IMG/VR virus record: IMGVR_UViG_3300017424_000003
Coordinates: 1-39,691 of that record
Strand: one strand, 5' to 3'
Source of the DNA: a virus
DNA length: 39,691 nucleotides
Part shown: positions 39,618 through 39,691 of the stretch, piece by piece
How the letters are laid out: every line of letters begins with the position of its first letter
Position numbering within the stretch: the stretch's first letter is position 1
Notes under the pieces: generated by a model
What the model was told of the DNA's origin: nothing
Database searches by the model: none
Seen by the model: the letters and a program-made list of their open reading frames with translations, nothing else
Position numbers and translations under genes: made by a program

Positions 39618-39691
39618 TTAACTGCTCCATGACATGGGCAACGGCGTCATCGCCGGTTTCGTCTGTTGATCTTGCGAGAATATACAGCCCA
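39569..39691. repeat. Terminal direct repeat, copy 2 (identical to 1..123)
   Basis: Read directly. See copy 1. Confidence 0.95.

Noticed and set aside
1-39691. Temperate lifestyle, prophage ends or an attP site
   Set aside because: There is no integrase, recombinase, excisionase, CI-like long repressor or partition genes. Only small HTH proteins are present. Lifestyle therefore remains undetermined; the phage looks lytic or pseudolysogenic.

Overview
The window holds one complete dsDNA phage genome. Bases 1-123 recur exactly at 39569-39691, so the unit is 39568 bp and is circular, circularly permuted or short-DTR. The VirE-like gene crosses that junction. The DNA is high-GC: counted 60-nt lines run about 63% in core genes and 43-48% in a few islands. 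I found no rRNA, tRNA, CRISPR, integrase, DNA polymerase or RNA polymerase. About 70 genes are present, nearly all on the minus strand and tightly coupled by ATGA/TAATG overlaps. In minus-strand order they are: (1) a leaderless HTH regulator and early small genes (7286->5424); (2) recombination genes, namely a YqaJ exonuclease and an HNH-AP2 homing endonuclease; (3) a replication block of Zn-ribbon/Toprim primase, SF2 helicase, VRR-NUC and VirE-like NTPase; (4) about 15 miniproteins plus a SLOG/DUF2493 protein; (5) P22-like packaging and morphogenesis genes (TerS, TerL, portal, scaffold, N4-gp56-type capsid, gp4-like, gp10-like, needle, ejection proteins); (6) three carbohydrate-active tail proteins (an SGNH/sialate-O-acetylesterase fibre, a GH5 glycanase and a beta-helix tailspike); (7) a lysis cassette (GH24 endolysin plus several membrane proteins). 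A single 3.8-kb plus-strand cassette (7385-11199) carries unknown genes. It includes Rmf/CrpP-like miniproteins, a TAA-interrupted gene and a PEPxxWA-CTERM (exosortase-sorted) protein. That protein, together with a GcrA-like regulator, points to an alphaproteobacterial (sphingomonad-like) host. The strongest unexplained signals are: an iteron/palindrome array with an AT-rich tract next to the replication genes (candidate origin/operator); a face-to-face promoter pair with a plus-oriented terminator, predicting a cis-antisense RNA over the primase leader; an M15 peptidase ORF without a proper start that sits +1 to a CCC-UGA-U stop; a GNAT embedded among the ejection-protein genes; and a predicted secreted Cys-loop minipeptide between two paralogous genes. 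All functions are inferred from motifs read by eye. No database search was run.
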